DNA of 64,000 bases, from contig JAHDRW010000028.1 of assembly GCA_018433085.1 (NCBI GenBank), forward strand, positions 4,804 to 68,803, read 5' to 3'. Positions 35,945-45,228 of the stretch are shown piece by piece (position 1 is the first letter of the stretch; every line of letters starts with the position of its first letter). Both the position numbers and the translations under genes were made by a program. Under the pieces are notes generated by a model. That model searched no databases. It was given only the letters and a program-made list of their open reading frames with translations, and was not told the DNA's origin. This DNA is from Deltaproteobacteria bacterium (GTDB lineage: Bacteria; Desulfobacterota; Desulfomonilia; UBA1062).

Positions 35945-37584
35945 TGATTTCCTCCATCCTCCTGTTTTGTTGTGGTGCCGGGGCCGGGTACCGTGCATAC
36001 CGGAGGTGTCTTTCTGTTCACGCGCGCGCAGATCTTTTTGTGGGACTGGTAGAGCTGAAGAAAATCAGCGAAGATCTCATCGTAAATCCTGCGGTTGCCA
36101 TGGTCGGGGAGATACTCCCTTTTGGCTCGGATATACCCGGGGATGTCCTCCGCCGTGATGTGGCCCAGTGCGATCGAGGCGAGGAAGGCCGCACCCCGGG
36201 CATTGGCATGCACCGGATCCGTCGCCTGGCGTATGGGTCTGTCCAGAACGTCGGAGAGGATCTGGGACCAGACGTCCGAGTTGGCGCCGCCGCCGATGAA
36301 GTTCAGGTATTCGAAGCGCCTGCCCATGAATCTCTCCACGGACTCAAGGAGCCATTTCTGGTTGAAGGCCACACCCTCGAACACGGCCCGGGCGATATCC
36401 TCGCGGGTGTTCTGAAGCGACAGGTTGAACAGCGAAGACCGGATGTGGCAGTCCTCCACCGGCGTGCGCTCGCCATAGAGCCAGGGGGTGAAAATCACGC
36501 CGTTTGCGCCAGCAGGGACCCGCGATACGATCCGGTCCAGGAACTTGAAGATGTCCGGGGCGTTTTCCTCCTGCATGAGCTCGTCCTTGTGGTACAGCAC
36601 ATTGTCCCTGAGCCAGGTCAGGCACTTGCCCGCGCACTCCTGCTCGTCCAGGATCATATAGCGCCCGGGCAGCGGGCTCGGGAACGATCCGAAGCTGTGG
36701 AAGAGATCGGTTTTCTTGAAGGGCACATGGGCGGATATCCAGGACGAGGTGCCGATGTAGAGGTGACCTTCGTAATCCCGCACCGCCCCTGACCCGACGC
36801 ATGCGGAATGCACGTCCGGGGTGCCGCCGATCACGGGCGTGCCGGGTTTGAGCCCCAGCTCGGCCGCCACCTCGTCCTTCACCGGTCCGAGCACGTCCAC
36901 GGCGCGGATCAGGTCCGGGAGCTTTTCGCGCTTAAGCCCTGCCATCTTCAGCAGTTTGTCGTGGTAGACCACCCGGGCGGGGTCGCGGTTGTCCGTGACC
37001 CAGTGGAGCAGGATGGAGTCGTAGGTGGCCGCGAACCTGCCCGTGAGGCAAAGGTTGATATAGTCCTTGGGTTCCAGGAACTTGTACGTTCGATCAAAGA
37101 TGCCCGGGCGCTCTTTCTTGATCCAGAGGATATGGGCCAGGGGGTCCTTTCCCGAGAGTGCCGGCGCCCCGCCGGTGAGCCTGAGCCAGGTAAGCGCCTT
37201 CCACAGCGGGTAGCCCCCGAACCGGGGCACTCCCTGGAGGATATCCTGAAGCGCTTCGCAGCCCCGGCAGTCCATCCAGGTGATGGCGTTCATGAGATTC
37301 CCGCCTTCTTTGTCCACCGGAACCGTGCCGGACCACTGGGTGGTCACGCTCACGGCCACGATATCGTCGGGAGACACCATGCCCCTGGCCAGCACCCTGC
37401 CGGACGTGGCCACAATGGCCTGCCACCAGAGCCCGGGGTCCTGTTCGGCGCCTCCGCCCGGAAGCAGGATCACGGGTATTGCCTGAAACTCGCTGTGGGC
37501 CACCTCTCCACGCACGGAAACAAGGGCGGCCTTGGGCCCGGACGTCCCCAGATCGATGGCCAGAACATGCTTGTCTTTGTTCAT
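35923..37584 (-). CDS. FGGY-family carbohydrate kinase (xylulokinase-like)
   Basis: N-terminal LAIDLGTSGPKAAL, mid-region GTSSW and C-terminal FIGGGANSDVWSQILSDV motifs of FGGY kinases. 553 aa. The 3' end overlaps the next gene start by 22 nt. Confidence 0.85.
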   Translation of the reverse strand: MNKDKHVLAIDLGTSGPKAALVSVRGEVAHSEFQAIPVILLPGGGAEQDPGLWWQAIVATSGRVLARGMVSPDDIVAVSVTTQWSGTVPVDKEGGNLMNAITWMDCRGCEALQDILQGVPRFGGYPLWKALTWLRLTGGAPALSGKDPLAHILWIKKERPGIFDRTYKFLEPKDYINLCLTGRFAATYDSILLHWVTDNRDPARVVYHDKLLKMAGLKREKLPDLIRAVDVLGPVKDEVAAELGLKPGTPVIGGTPDVHSACVGSGAVRDYEGHLYIGTSSWISAHVPFKKTDLFHSFGSFPSPLPGRYMILDEQECAGKCLTWLRDNVLYHKDELMQEENAPDIFKFLDRIVSRVPAGANGVIFTPWLYGERTPVEDCHIRSSLFNLSLQNTREDIARAVFEGVAFNQKWLLESVERFMGRRFEYLNFIGGGANSDVWSQILSDVLDRPIRQATDPVHANARGAAFLASIALGHITAEDIPGYIRAKREYLPDHGNRRIYDEIFADFLQLYQSHKKICARVNRKTPPVCTVPGPGTTTKQEDGGNQWNTRKS

Positions 37585-38172
37585 TACCGGCTACTCAAGA
37601 TATCCCTGCCCGGCGTACCGGGCAAATGCGCCATCCACCATGGTGCAGCGGGTACAGGTCTCATCGGCGGGGAAGTTTTTCACCCTTGTTCCCTGTTTCT
37701 GAACCAGAGACCTTCCTGCGATTTTACGATAAGACCGCCCAACCGAACACTTCATGATTTTACCGATAACCCGGAACACCAGGGGATGAATAGTGCCGAT
37801 CAGGTCAAAAACATGAGAAATCGGGCCAAAAGAGATCGTGGACCACCCATTGGCCGGTGCCCTGCCGCCTTGCATCTTTCGTCTGTTTGACTTGTACGGT
37901 AAATCATCGTAAAATTAACGACGTGCTCTTTTCGGGGACGGGTTCTCATTTAAGGTTGCTGGAACTTGAAGGTCACACCCTGCCTGCCGAGGTGGATATG
38001 GCGGGGTTTCCATTCGTTTGAAGCGGCGAATAAAACCGCTGCTTATGAGTCCTCTCCGCTGGTGGCCGCGAGTGCCGGCGACTCGCGAGAGTGCTTGATA
38101 CTTGGGGTCTCGCGGGTTGGCCGAGGGGATTGGCTGCCGCGCTTGACAGTATTGATTGAACGAGGTTTTAAG

Positions 38173-39204
38173 GTGAGGGAAAAGATTCCGTCGGACAGCG
38201 CCAGGTGGCTGGTGAGGGAGATGGCCTCGATGGGAATACCTCCCGATCGTATCCTGAAGGGCACGAACCTGCCGGAGGAATGGCTGCAGGACACGGGCGC
38301 GCTGATCACCCCTTCCCAGTACTTAAGCGTTGTGACCAATGCGCTTGAAGAGAGCGGGGATCCGGCCCTGGGGCTCCATGTGGGTCCGAGGCAGCAGCTG
38401 GGCGAGCTGGGTTTCTGGGGTTACGCCATCATCAGCAGTCCGACCCTGAGGGAGGCAAACCAGGTCGCCCTGCAGTTCTGGGAGCTGAACGGTTCCCTGG
38501 TCACCCTCGATTTCCGGGAGGGGCCGGACTATGTGGCCTGGCGGATTCTCCCCGCGTTTCCCATGGAAGACGAGCGTTTGTGGATTTTCGCCGTGGAAGA
38601 GCTTCTCACCACCTTCCATACCGCTGCCTCCTTTCTTACGAACCACGAGTTCCGCTATGCCCGGATCGATCTGTCGTACCCTGATCCCGGGCATGGGCTT
38701 AGGTATCGCGAGCTGTTTGAATGCCCGGTCTGTTTCGGATCGGAGGAGGATATATTCCGGGTGGTCGTTACCGATACGGACCGCCCCACCTTCACGGGCC
38801 ATCCCCGGATGGCGCTCGTCTGCCGGGAGCAGTGCCGCGAGCTCCAGGCCAGGCTCAGGTGGGGCGATGAGCTGACAGGGGCCATCCGGGAGATCATCAT
38901 CTCCTCCATGGGCCGGATTCCCCACCTGCCCGAGGTCGCCCGCAGGCTCGCCATGAGTCCCCGCACCCTGCGGAGGAGACTCCAGGGGCGCGGCACCACC
39001 TATCAGCACATCCTCGACGAGGTGAGGATCGAGCTGGCGAAGGAGTACCTGGCCTCCACGGGCTTGAGTGTCGACCAGATCGCGGGCCGGATCGGATTCA
39101 CCGAGGCTACCACCTTCCGCAGGGCGTTCAAGAAGTGGACCGGGAAGAACATCAGGGAGTTCCGGATGATTCGGGCGGAGCAGCAAAGGGCGGGCGTAAC
39201 CTGA
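38173..39204 (+). CDS. AraC-family transcriptional regulator with N-terminal AraC-type ligand-binding (Arabinose_bd-like) domain
   Basis: C-terminal HTH_18 pattern (LPEVARRLAMSPRTLRRRLQ..GTTYQHILDEVRIELAKEYL....SVDQIAGRIGFTEATTFRRAFKKWTG). The GTG at 38173 with a GAGG SD is proposed as the start. The ORF is open from 37966, so the start is uncertain. Confidence 0.8.
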   Translation: MREKIPSDSARWLVREMASMGIPPDRILKGTNLPEEWLQDTGALITPSQYLSVVTNALEESGDPALGLHVGPRQQLGELGFWGYAIISSPTLREANQVALQFWELNGSLVTLDFREGPDYVAWRILPAFPMEDERLWIFAVEELLTTFHTAASFLTNHEFRYARIDLSYPDPGHGLRYRELFECPVCFGSEEDIFRVVVTDTDRPTFTGHPRMALVCREQCRELQARLRWGDELTGAIREIIISSMGRIPHLPEVARRLAMSPRTLRRRLQGRGTTYQHILDEVRIELAKEYLASTGLSVDQIAGRIGFTEATTFRRAFKKWTGKNIREFRMIRAEQQRAGVT

Positions 39205-39279
39205 CGCGCCGGGGCCAGGTTCGCCTGGAGAACAGCCGGCAGGCGCCGCCGCGGGTTCCCTCGATGGTCAAGGGAAATT

Positions 39280-40704
39280 CTATCCGGGGTTGCGGTCTCC
39301 GAGCCATTTGGAGACGATCCGGAAGCGGTCTGCTCCGGGTGCCCCTTTCAGAAAACCGCCCTCCTTCATGACCATCCTGACCTTGCTGACGACACCCAGA
39401 TCCTCCAGGGGGTTTCCCTCCACAGCGATCATGTCCGCGATCCTGCCCGGACCAATGGTGCCGATCCGGTCGCCCATGCCCAGGATCGAGGCGTTGCCCG
39501 ACGTGGCGAGCACGAGCACCTGTGCAGGGGTGAGGCCTGCGAGTTGGAGCCGTTTGAGCTCTTCGGCATAGAAAACCCCGAACAGGGCGGTGGGAAGGCC
39601 GCCCGAGTCGGTGCCCACGCCCACACGGCCTCCCGCATGGAGGATCCGGCCAACGTTGGCCAGGGCATGGGGGAACCCGCGAGCGATGAGGGGCAGATCG
39701 AAACAGGGTTTCGTCCGGTATGTGCTCTGCGGAGGCGGGTAAGGGTCTGTGCGGTAGTTGCGGATGTGCTGCCTCACCTGCCGTAAGGGTTCGGTCTCCA
39801 GGAAGGCCGGCCCTTGCTCGTCAAGCACGGCATCCACGGTTTGCCAGAGCTCGTCGCTCCCGACGTCCAGGCAGGCCAGCGTGGGGTTCAGAACCATTCC
39901 CCGCGCCGCAAACTCGACGGCAACCTCGTCGGGGATCTCCTCCAGCGGGCTGTGCTCGAAGGTGTCGACCCCCATGGACATGGCGTACTCCAGGTCTTCG
40001 AGCCCGCTGATGTGGCAGCACACCTTTCTGCCAAAGCGCCGGGCCGTGTCCATGACCGCCCGGAAGGTGTCCCGGTCGAGCACGGGAAGCTCGCCGCCTC
40101 CCAGCAGCCACGAGCGGTTCTGGCAGTAGACCTTGATCCACTGAGCGCCCCGCCGGATCATCTCGCCTGTCTGCCGGGCCGCCTCTTCGGGACTGCCGAC
40201 CCGTTCGGCGTACTGCCCGCCGAGAAAGGCCTTCACGAAATACCCGAACGAGGGCACCCAGTCCGGGCATCCCCCGGGTGCGGCGATGCACGAGTTGCAT
40301 CGGATGATCCGGGGCCCGGGGATGTCGCCGCTGTCGATCGCGGAGGCGAGACTCGAGAGCCTCCCGAGGAAGCCGCCGGCATCCCGCACCGTGGTGATGC
40401 CCGCCTCGATGCAAGCCCTGGCGTTGCGCTCGATCTGGCGCCCCATGGCAAAGAGTGCCCGGGGAGTCACCTGGTGCATGAAGGGGACGGTGATATGTAC
40501 GTGGGTGTCGATGAGACCGGGCATGAGCGTGAGCCCTCCGAGGTCCACCGGGGTGAATGCCCCGGCCCCGTCAGCCGCATTGCCTTTCTCCACGGCCTTG
40601 ATCTTCCCGTCCTCCACCAGCACCGATCTGTTATCCAGGAGTCTGCCCCGCACGCTGTCGAAGAGCCGGCAATTGAAGAGAACAAGCCGGTTGTCGAATT
40701 TCAT
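39280..40704 (-). CDS. metal-dependent amidohydrolase family protein
   Basis: AGGAGGA SD. N-terminal beta-sandwich (V.DG.I.AV) followed by LMPGLIDTHVHI (the HxH metal motif). Later His/Asp motifs are present (VCCHISG, GTDSG). 474 aa. Confidence 0.8.
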   Translation of the reverse strand: MKFDNRLVLFNCRLFDSVRGRLLDNRSVLVEDGKIKAVEKGNAADGAGAFTPVDLGGLTLMPGLIDTHVHITVPFMHQVTPRALFAMGRQIERNARACIEAGITTVRDAGGFLGRLSSLASAIDSGDIPGPRIIRCNSCIAAPGGCPDWVPSFGYFVKAFLGGQYAERVGSPEEAARQTGEMIRRGAQWIKVYCQNRSWLLGGGELPVLDRDTFRAVMDTARRFGRKVCCHISGLEDLEYAMSMGVDTFEHSPLEEIPDEVAVEFAARGMVLNPTLACLDVGSDELWQTVDAVLDEQGPAFLETEPLRQVRQHIRNYRTDPYPPPQSTYRTKPCFDLPLIARGFPHALANVGRILHAGGRVGVGTDSGGLPTALFGVFYAEELKRLQLAGLTPAQVLVLATSGNASILGMGDRIGTIGPGRIADMIAVEGNPLEDLGVVSKVRMVMKEGGFLKGAPGADRFRIVSKWLGDRNPG

Positions 40705-40782
40705 CCATCCTCCTGTGCGCCGGAAAAGATCCGTTCGGGAAAGTGCGCAGAGACAGGGTGCGAGGTCATTGTTCCCGGGCCC

Positions 40783-41985
40783 TCATGCCGGGAAGGCGGT
40801 CGTCTCTGTCAGACGTTTTCTCAGGTCGTCCTGCACGTTCCCGTCAACCGGCTCGATAACGACCCCCGGTACCCCGCCCGATATCCGGCAGGCATGCATG
40901 AGGACCCGGTCGTCCCAGAGCGTGTGGATGTCGTTCTTGGTGAATGTCTCGGAAAACAGGGCCTGGCCCATGCCGCCCAGCATGCTCACCACATAGCGGT
41001 TGCCCATTCTTGCGACCAGCCGGCTGGTGTCCAGGAACCCGTCCTTTTTTGAAGAGGGCATCACCTGCCTGTTTTCCAGCAGCCATGCCAGCGATACCAT
41101 GTCATGAGCGGGCAGCGACGACGACGCGATGACCAGCCCGTTTTGGGGCTCGGAGACATACCCGTCATCCGGCCCGAAGGTGGCGAGGATCTTGTCGGCA
41201 GCGGTCACGACCAGGCGCTGCTTTGTGCGCAGGGTTTCCACCGTGTTGCCTTCCGCGGTCTTTTCCTGGAGGGTGGACGCCTCCCGGTGATACTCCAGAC
41301 GCGTGTCGGTACGCCAGTAGCCGACCGCGGCCTTCAGGCCGAGGGTGCTGCCTGCCAACACGTGACGGGCGCATCTGGGCATGAGCACGATGTGATCCAT
41401 CTGTTTGAGGATGACGGGCATCATGATGCCGGTTCTCCAGTGCGACCCTGCCGCCGGAGCTTCCTCATAAAAGGCGTCCCAGCCCGCCTCTTCGAAGAAA
41501 TGCAGTTCTCCGCCCGCGGCAAGCACGGCCCGGGCCATGCCGGATGCCTCCATCAGGCTCCGCGAGCTGCCGGAGAGCTTTTCCGGAGAGAGCTTTACGT
41601 GCTCGATGCCTGACATGTCCCCCACCACCACCCGCCCGGCACCTCGGTCCTTGAGGAGCTCGATCATGGCCCCGATGGCTGCAGGGCTGGTGGTGGCCGG
41701 GTAGGGATTGCCGGAATTCAGGACCGGCTTGATAAACACGCTATCCCCCCTGGACAGCCAGGAGAAATCCGAAGCCGCCTCCGCGGCTGCGCGAACGGCG
41801 CGGCGGACAATTTCCTCACCGGATCCCCTGCTCACTCCCGCCAGGAACACGGTTGCATCCCTTCCCCGGGCAGGCACACCAAGGTCCGGTGCCTTGGCGC
41901 TGGTCTCCAGGGTTCCCCCTGCACATGAAGAAACAGCCGCGGCCGCCGAGCCTGCCACCAGTCTCAGAAAGTCTCTCCGTTTCAT
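40783..41985 (-). CDS. Tat-exported DUF362-domain protein
   Basis: ATG at 41985 after a GGAGGGGG SD. Twin-arginine signal MKRRDFLRLVAGSAAAAVSSCAGG. DUF362-like core (VFIKPVLNSG.PYPATTSP...IVLMPRCARHVLAGSTLGLKAAVG). Confidence 0.6.
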   Translation of the reverse strand: MKRRDFLRLVAGSAAAAVSSCAGGTLETSAKAPDLGVPARGRDATVFLAGVSRGSGEEIVRRAVRAAAEAASDFSWLSRGDSVFIKPVLNSGNPYPATTSPAAIGAMIELLKDRGAGRVVVGDMSGIEHVKLSPEKLSGSSRSLMEASGMARAVLAAGGELHFFEEAGWDAFYEEAPAAGSHWRTGIMMPVILKQMDHIVLMPRCARHVLAGSTLGLKAAVGYWRTDTRLEYHREASTLQEKTAEGNTVETLRTKQRLVVTAADKILATFGPDDGYVSEPQNGLVIASSSLPAHDMVSLAWLLENRQVMPSSKKDGFLDTSRLVARMGNRYVVSMLGGMGQALFSETFTKNDIHTLWDDRVLMHACRISGGVPGVVIEPVDGNVQDDLRKRLTETTAFPA

Positions 41986-42472
41986 TGGGTCCCCCTCCAT
42001 GGCGCCGGCATTGTAATTTCTCTCATCTGTGCATACAGGCCCCTTATCCGCGAACCGGTCCCCGGGCATGTTTTTTCTCGGATGTCCGCAGCCAGGATGA
42101 CCGGTCTTTGCCGTTGGATCGGGTGAGCTCGTTTCGTTGCCGGCTGGATAATTATACTCCCTTCAGGCCTTTTCTCAAAACATGATTTTTCCGGTCCACT
42201 GTTCTGAAGATCCCCTTCCGGCCGGTCAACAGGGTTGCATGAGGAAACCGGAAGGCGCTTGTAGACTATCCGGGTGCATGCCCCGTCATAGTGGAAAAGA
42301 AACCCTGTACAAGCCCTGTTCTTTGTGATCGGATGCGTGATTACGGCCCTGAGAGGCATTAAGGGCCGGCCGGGACGGGCACAGGGTCCAGGGGGAAAGG
42401 AAAGCCCCCTGAGTTCGCGGCGGGAGAATCTGGAAAGAAACGGGACAAAAGGAAAGGGAACTCGAGGCGGGA

Positions 42473-43930
42473 ATGAAGAAAATCCTCATGGGAAGAAAAG
42501 AGAAGCACCGGACCCGGGCGTGCCTCCTCCTGTTGCCAGCGATTCTGTTGCTCGCCGGGTGCATGACCGTGGGGCCCGATTATATCGTTCCGGAGCCCGG
42601 TGCGCCTCCGGCGTGGAACGCCGGGCTCGGCGACCGCCTGATAACCGGGAAGACAGACCCGGAAGAGCTGGCGCGCTGGTGGGAGACCTTTGAGGACCCG
42701 GTGCTGGCCTCCCTGATGGACCGGGCGGTGAAGGGAAACCCGGACCTGAAGGAGGCGTCGGCCCGGGTTCGCGAGGCGCGAGCCAGGCGGGCCGCCGCAG
42801 GCGCAGGGATGTTCCCTGCGCTCGACTCCACGGCCTCCTTTCAGCGGAGCGGCGACAGCGAGTCGGCGCGCAACCTCTATTCAACGGGGTTCGATGCCCG
42901 GTGGGAGATCGACCTGTTCGGCGGGGTCCGCAGGTCCGTGGAGGCTGCGGGCGCAGATCTCCAGGCCGCGGGAGAGGCGATGAACGACACCCTGGTTAGC
43001 CTGACCGCCGAGGTGGCCCTGAACTATGTGGAGGTGCGGGCTTTTCAGGCCCGGTTGGAAACCGCCGAGGCGAACCTGGCTCTCCAGGAGGAGACCTACC
43101 GGCTTCAGCAGGCTCTCGTGCAGGCCGGGCTCAGCGATGGGCTCGCGCTCCAGCGGGCCCGGTCCAACCTGGAGAGCACCCGAGCCCTGGTCCCGTCTCT
43201 GCGCGCCTCTCTCGAAGGGGCCAAGAACCGGCTCGCCGTGCTCCTGGGCGAACGCCCCGGAGCGGTTCACGAAGAGCTCGCCCGGAGCAGGCCCGTGCCC
43301 ATGGTGCCCCCGGAGGTTTCCGTTGACGCCCCCGCCGACATCCTCAGGCGCAGGCCCGACGTGCGGCGTGCGGAGCGCGAGCTCGCGGCCCAGAGCGCGC
43401 GGGTGGGCGTGGCCATGGCGGATCTCTATCCCAGGATCACGCTGAACGGCTCCATCGGCCTGAGCGCCCTCTCCTCCGGGGATCTCCTCACGGCCGGAAG
43501 CCGGACCTTCGGCTACGGACCCCGCATCACTTTGCCCATCTTCTCCGCAGGCTCGATCCGTGCGGGGATCGATGCCCGGTCCGCGCTGCAGGAGCAGGCG
43601 CTTATCCGGTATGAGGCTGCGGTTCTAATCGCCCTGGAGGAGGTGGAGAACGCCCTCACCGCCTACGCGCAGGAACAGGTGCGGAGAGTCTCTCTCCAGG
43701 AATCCGCGCAGGCGGCTCAGGAAGCGGCTGAGCTCGCGGAATACCAGTACCGCTCAGGGATGGTCGATTTCACCGTTCTGCTCGACACCCAGCGCTCCCT
43801 TCTGTCCGCCCAGGACGAGCTGGCCCGGAACAGCGGCGCGCTCGCGTCCAACCTGGTGAGATTGTACAAGGCGCTCGGAGGCGGGTGGCCGGCACACGAG
43901 GCTGAAGAGTACGAAAGGGGAAAACCATGA
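42473..43930 (+). CDS. efflux transporter outer membrane factor lipoprotein (NodT/TolC family)
   Basis: Lipobox LLLAGC. Opening GPDY..P, W.W..F.D..L..L is typical of NodT. Two TolC-like repeats. 485 aa. Confidence 0.85.
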   Translation: MKKILMGRKEKHRTRACLLLLPAILLLAGCMTVGPDYIVPEPGAPPAWNAGLGDRLITGKTDPEELARWWETFEDPVLASLMDRAVKGNPDLKEASARVREARARRAAAGAGMFPALDSTASFQRSGDSESARNLYSTGFDARWEIDLFGGVRRSVEAAGADLQAAGEAMNDTLVSLTAEVALNYVEVRAFQARLETAEANLALQEETYRLQQALVQAGLSDGLALQRARSNLESTRALVPSLRASLEGAKNRLAVLLGERPGAVHEELARSRPVPMVPPEVSVDAPADILRRRPDVRRAERELAAQSARVGVAMADLYPRITLNGSIGLSALSSGDLLTAGSRTFGYGPRITLPIFSAGSIRAGIDARSALQEQALIRYEAAVLIALEEVENALTAYAQEQVRRVSLQESAQAAQEAAELAEYQYRSGMVDFTVLLDTQRSLLSAQDELARNSGALASNLVRLYKALGGGWPAHEAEEYERGKP

Positions 43931-45228
43931 TGAAGGAACACGAACACCCCCAGGCCGACATCGCGAAGATTCTGGAAAACGGCGGCGCGGGTCCTGCCGG
44001 ACATCTGAAACGCCGGATCGTCTGGTCTTTCCTGGTGCTGGCCGCTGTTCTGGCGGTTTTCGCGTGGGGATTCTCCGGCGGCAAGGAGCAGGTCACCTAC
44101 CGTTTTCAGGAGGCCCGGCGCGGGGATCTCACCATCACCGTGAGCGCGACCGGAAACCTCCAGCCCTTGAACCAGGTGGATGTTGGAAGCGAACGCTCCG
44201 GGATCATCCGGAGCGTGGAGGCGGACTACAACGATCAGGTGAAGGTGGGCCAGGTTCTGGCGCGTCTCGATACCGCTATGCTCGAAGCCGAGGTCAGGAA
44301 GGCGTCCGCGGCCCTGGAATCGGCGAAGGCCAAGGTCCTGCAGGCCCAGGCGACCCTGAGGCAGGCCGGTGCGGAACTGGACCGGATGAGGCAGGCCCAC
44401 GAGCTCACCGGCGGCAGGGTGCCGTCCGCCAGGGAGCTGGATGTGGCGGAAGCCGCCCTTGCGAGGGCCAGGGCCGACGAGGCCGCAGCGCGTGCCCAGG
44501 TCTCACAGGCCCGGGCGACCCTGGAGTCGAATCAGACCGATTTTTCCAAGGCCCTGATCCTCTCCCCCATAAACGGCATCGTGCTTTCGCGGAGCGTGGA
44601 GCCGGGCCAGACCGTGGCCGCATCGCTGCAGGCGCCGATCCTGTTCACCCTGGCCGAGGATCTCGCCCGCATGGAGCTGCACGTGGACCTGGACGAGGCG
44701 GACGTGGGCAGGGTAAGGCCGGGGCAGCAGGCGGCGTTCACGGTGGATGCCTATCCGGAGAGGGTATTCCCGGCAGAGGTCGTCCAGGTACGGTACAGCG
44801 CAAAGGCGGAGGCAGGGGTGGTCACCTACGAGACCGTGCTCAGGGTGGACAACACGGAGCTGCTCCTGCGGCCGGGCATGACCGCCACGGCGGATATCAC
44901 GGTCAACGAGATCAATGATGCCGTGCTGGTGCCCAACAGCGCCCTGCGTTTTATGCCCCGCGAGGAAGGAAAAGAGACCCAGGAGAAAAGCAGCATGCTG
45001 AGCAAGCTCATGCCGCGTCCGCCGAGGCACGCCAGGGGAGATTCTCAGAACGGGCGCACCACCGGTGCGGGCAGGACCGAACAGACGGTCTGGATGCTTC
45101 GGCAGGGTTCCCTCGTGTCCCTCCAGGTCACCACCGGGGCCACGGACGGAGTCATGACCGAGATCGTCAAAGGGGAGGTGGAGCCGGGCATGAGCGTCGT
45201 CACGGGAAGCATGAGCATCCACAAATGA
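43927..45228 (+). CDS. efflux periplasmic adaptor subunit (HlyD/MacA-like membrane fusion protein)
   Basis: ATGA overlap with the upstream gene. N-terminal TM, lipoyl-like motif (G.L.P...V.VGSE.SG.I..V), coiled-coil hairpin and beta-barrel (V.F.VDAYP...F.A.V..V). Confidence 0.85.
   Translation: MMKEHEHPQADIAKILENGGAGPAGHLKRRIVWSFLVLAAVLAVFAWGFSGGKEQVTYRFQEARRGDLTITVSATGNLQPLNQVDVGSERSGIIRSVEADYNDQVKVGQVLARLDTAMLEAEVRKASAALESAKAKVLQAQATLRQAGAELDRMRQAHELTGGRVPSARELDVAEAALARARADEAAARAQVSQARATLESNQTDFSKALILSPINGIVLSRSVEPGQTVAASLQAPILFTLAEDLARMELHVDLDEADVGRVRPGQQAAFTVDAYPERVFPAEVVQVRYSAKAEAGVVTYETVLRVDNTELLLRPGMTATADITVNEINDAVLVPNSALRFMPREEGKETQEKSSMLSKLMPRPPRHARGDSQNGRTTGAGRTEQTVWMLRQGSLVSLQVTTGATDGVMTEIVKGEVEPGMSVVTGSMSIHK

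Noticed and set aside
37591-37875. 94-codon minus-strand ORF ending 7 nt before the FGGY kinase start (inner start MKCSVGR...)
   Set aside because: It has no convincing SD at either candidate start, a weaker third-position G+C bias than neighbouring genes, and no recognisable fold. I keep it only as a note under the regulatory-region finding.
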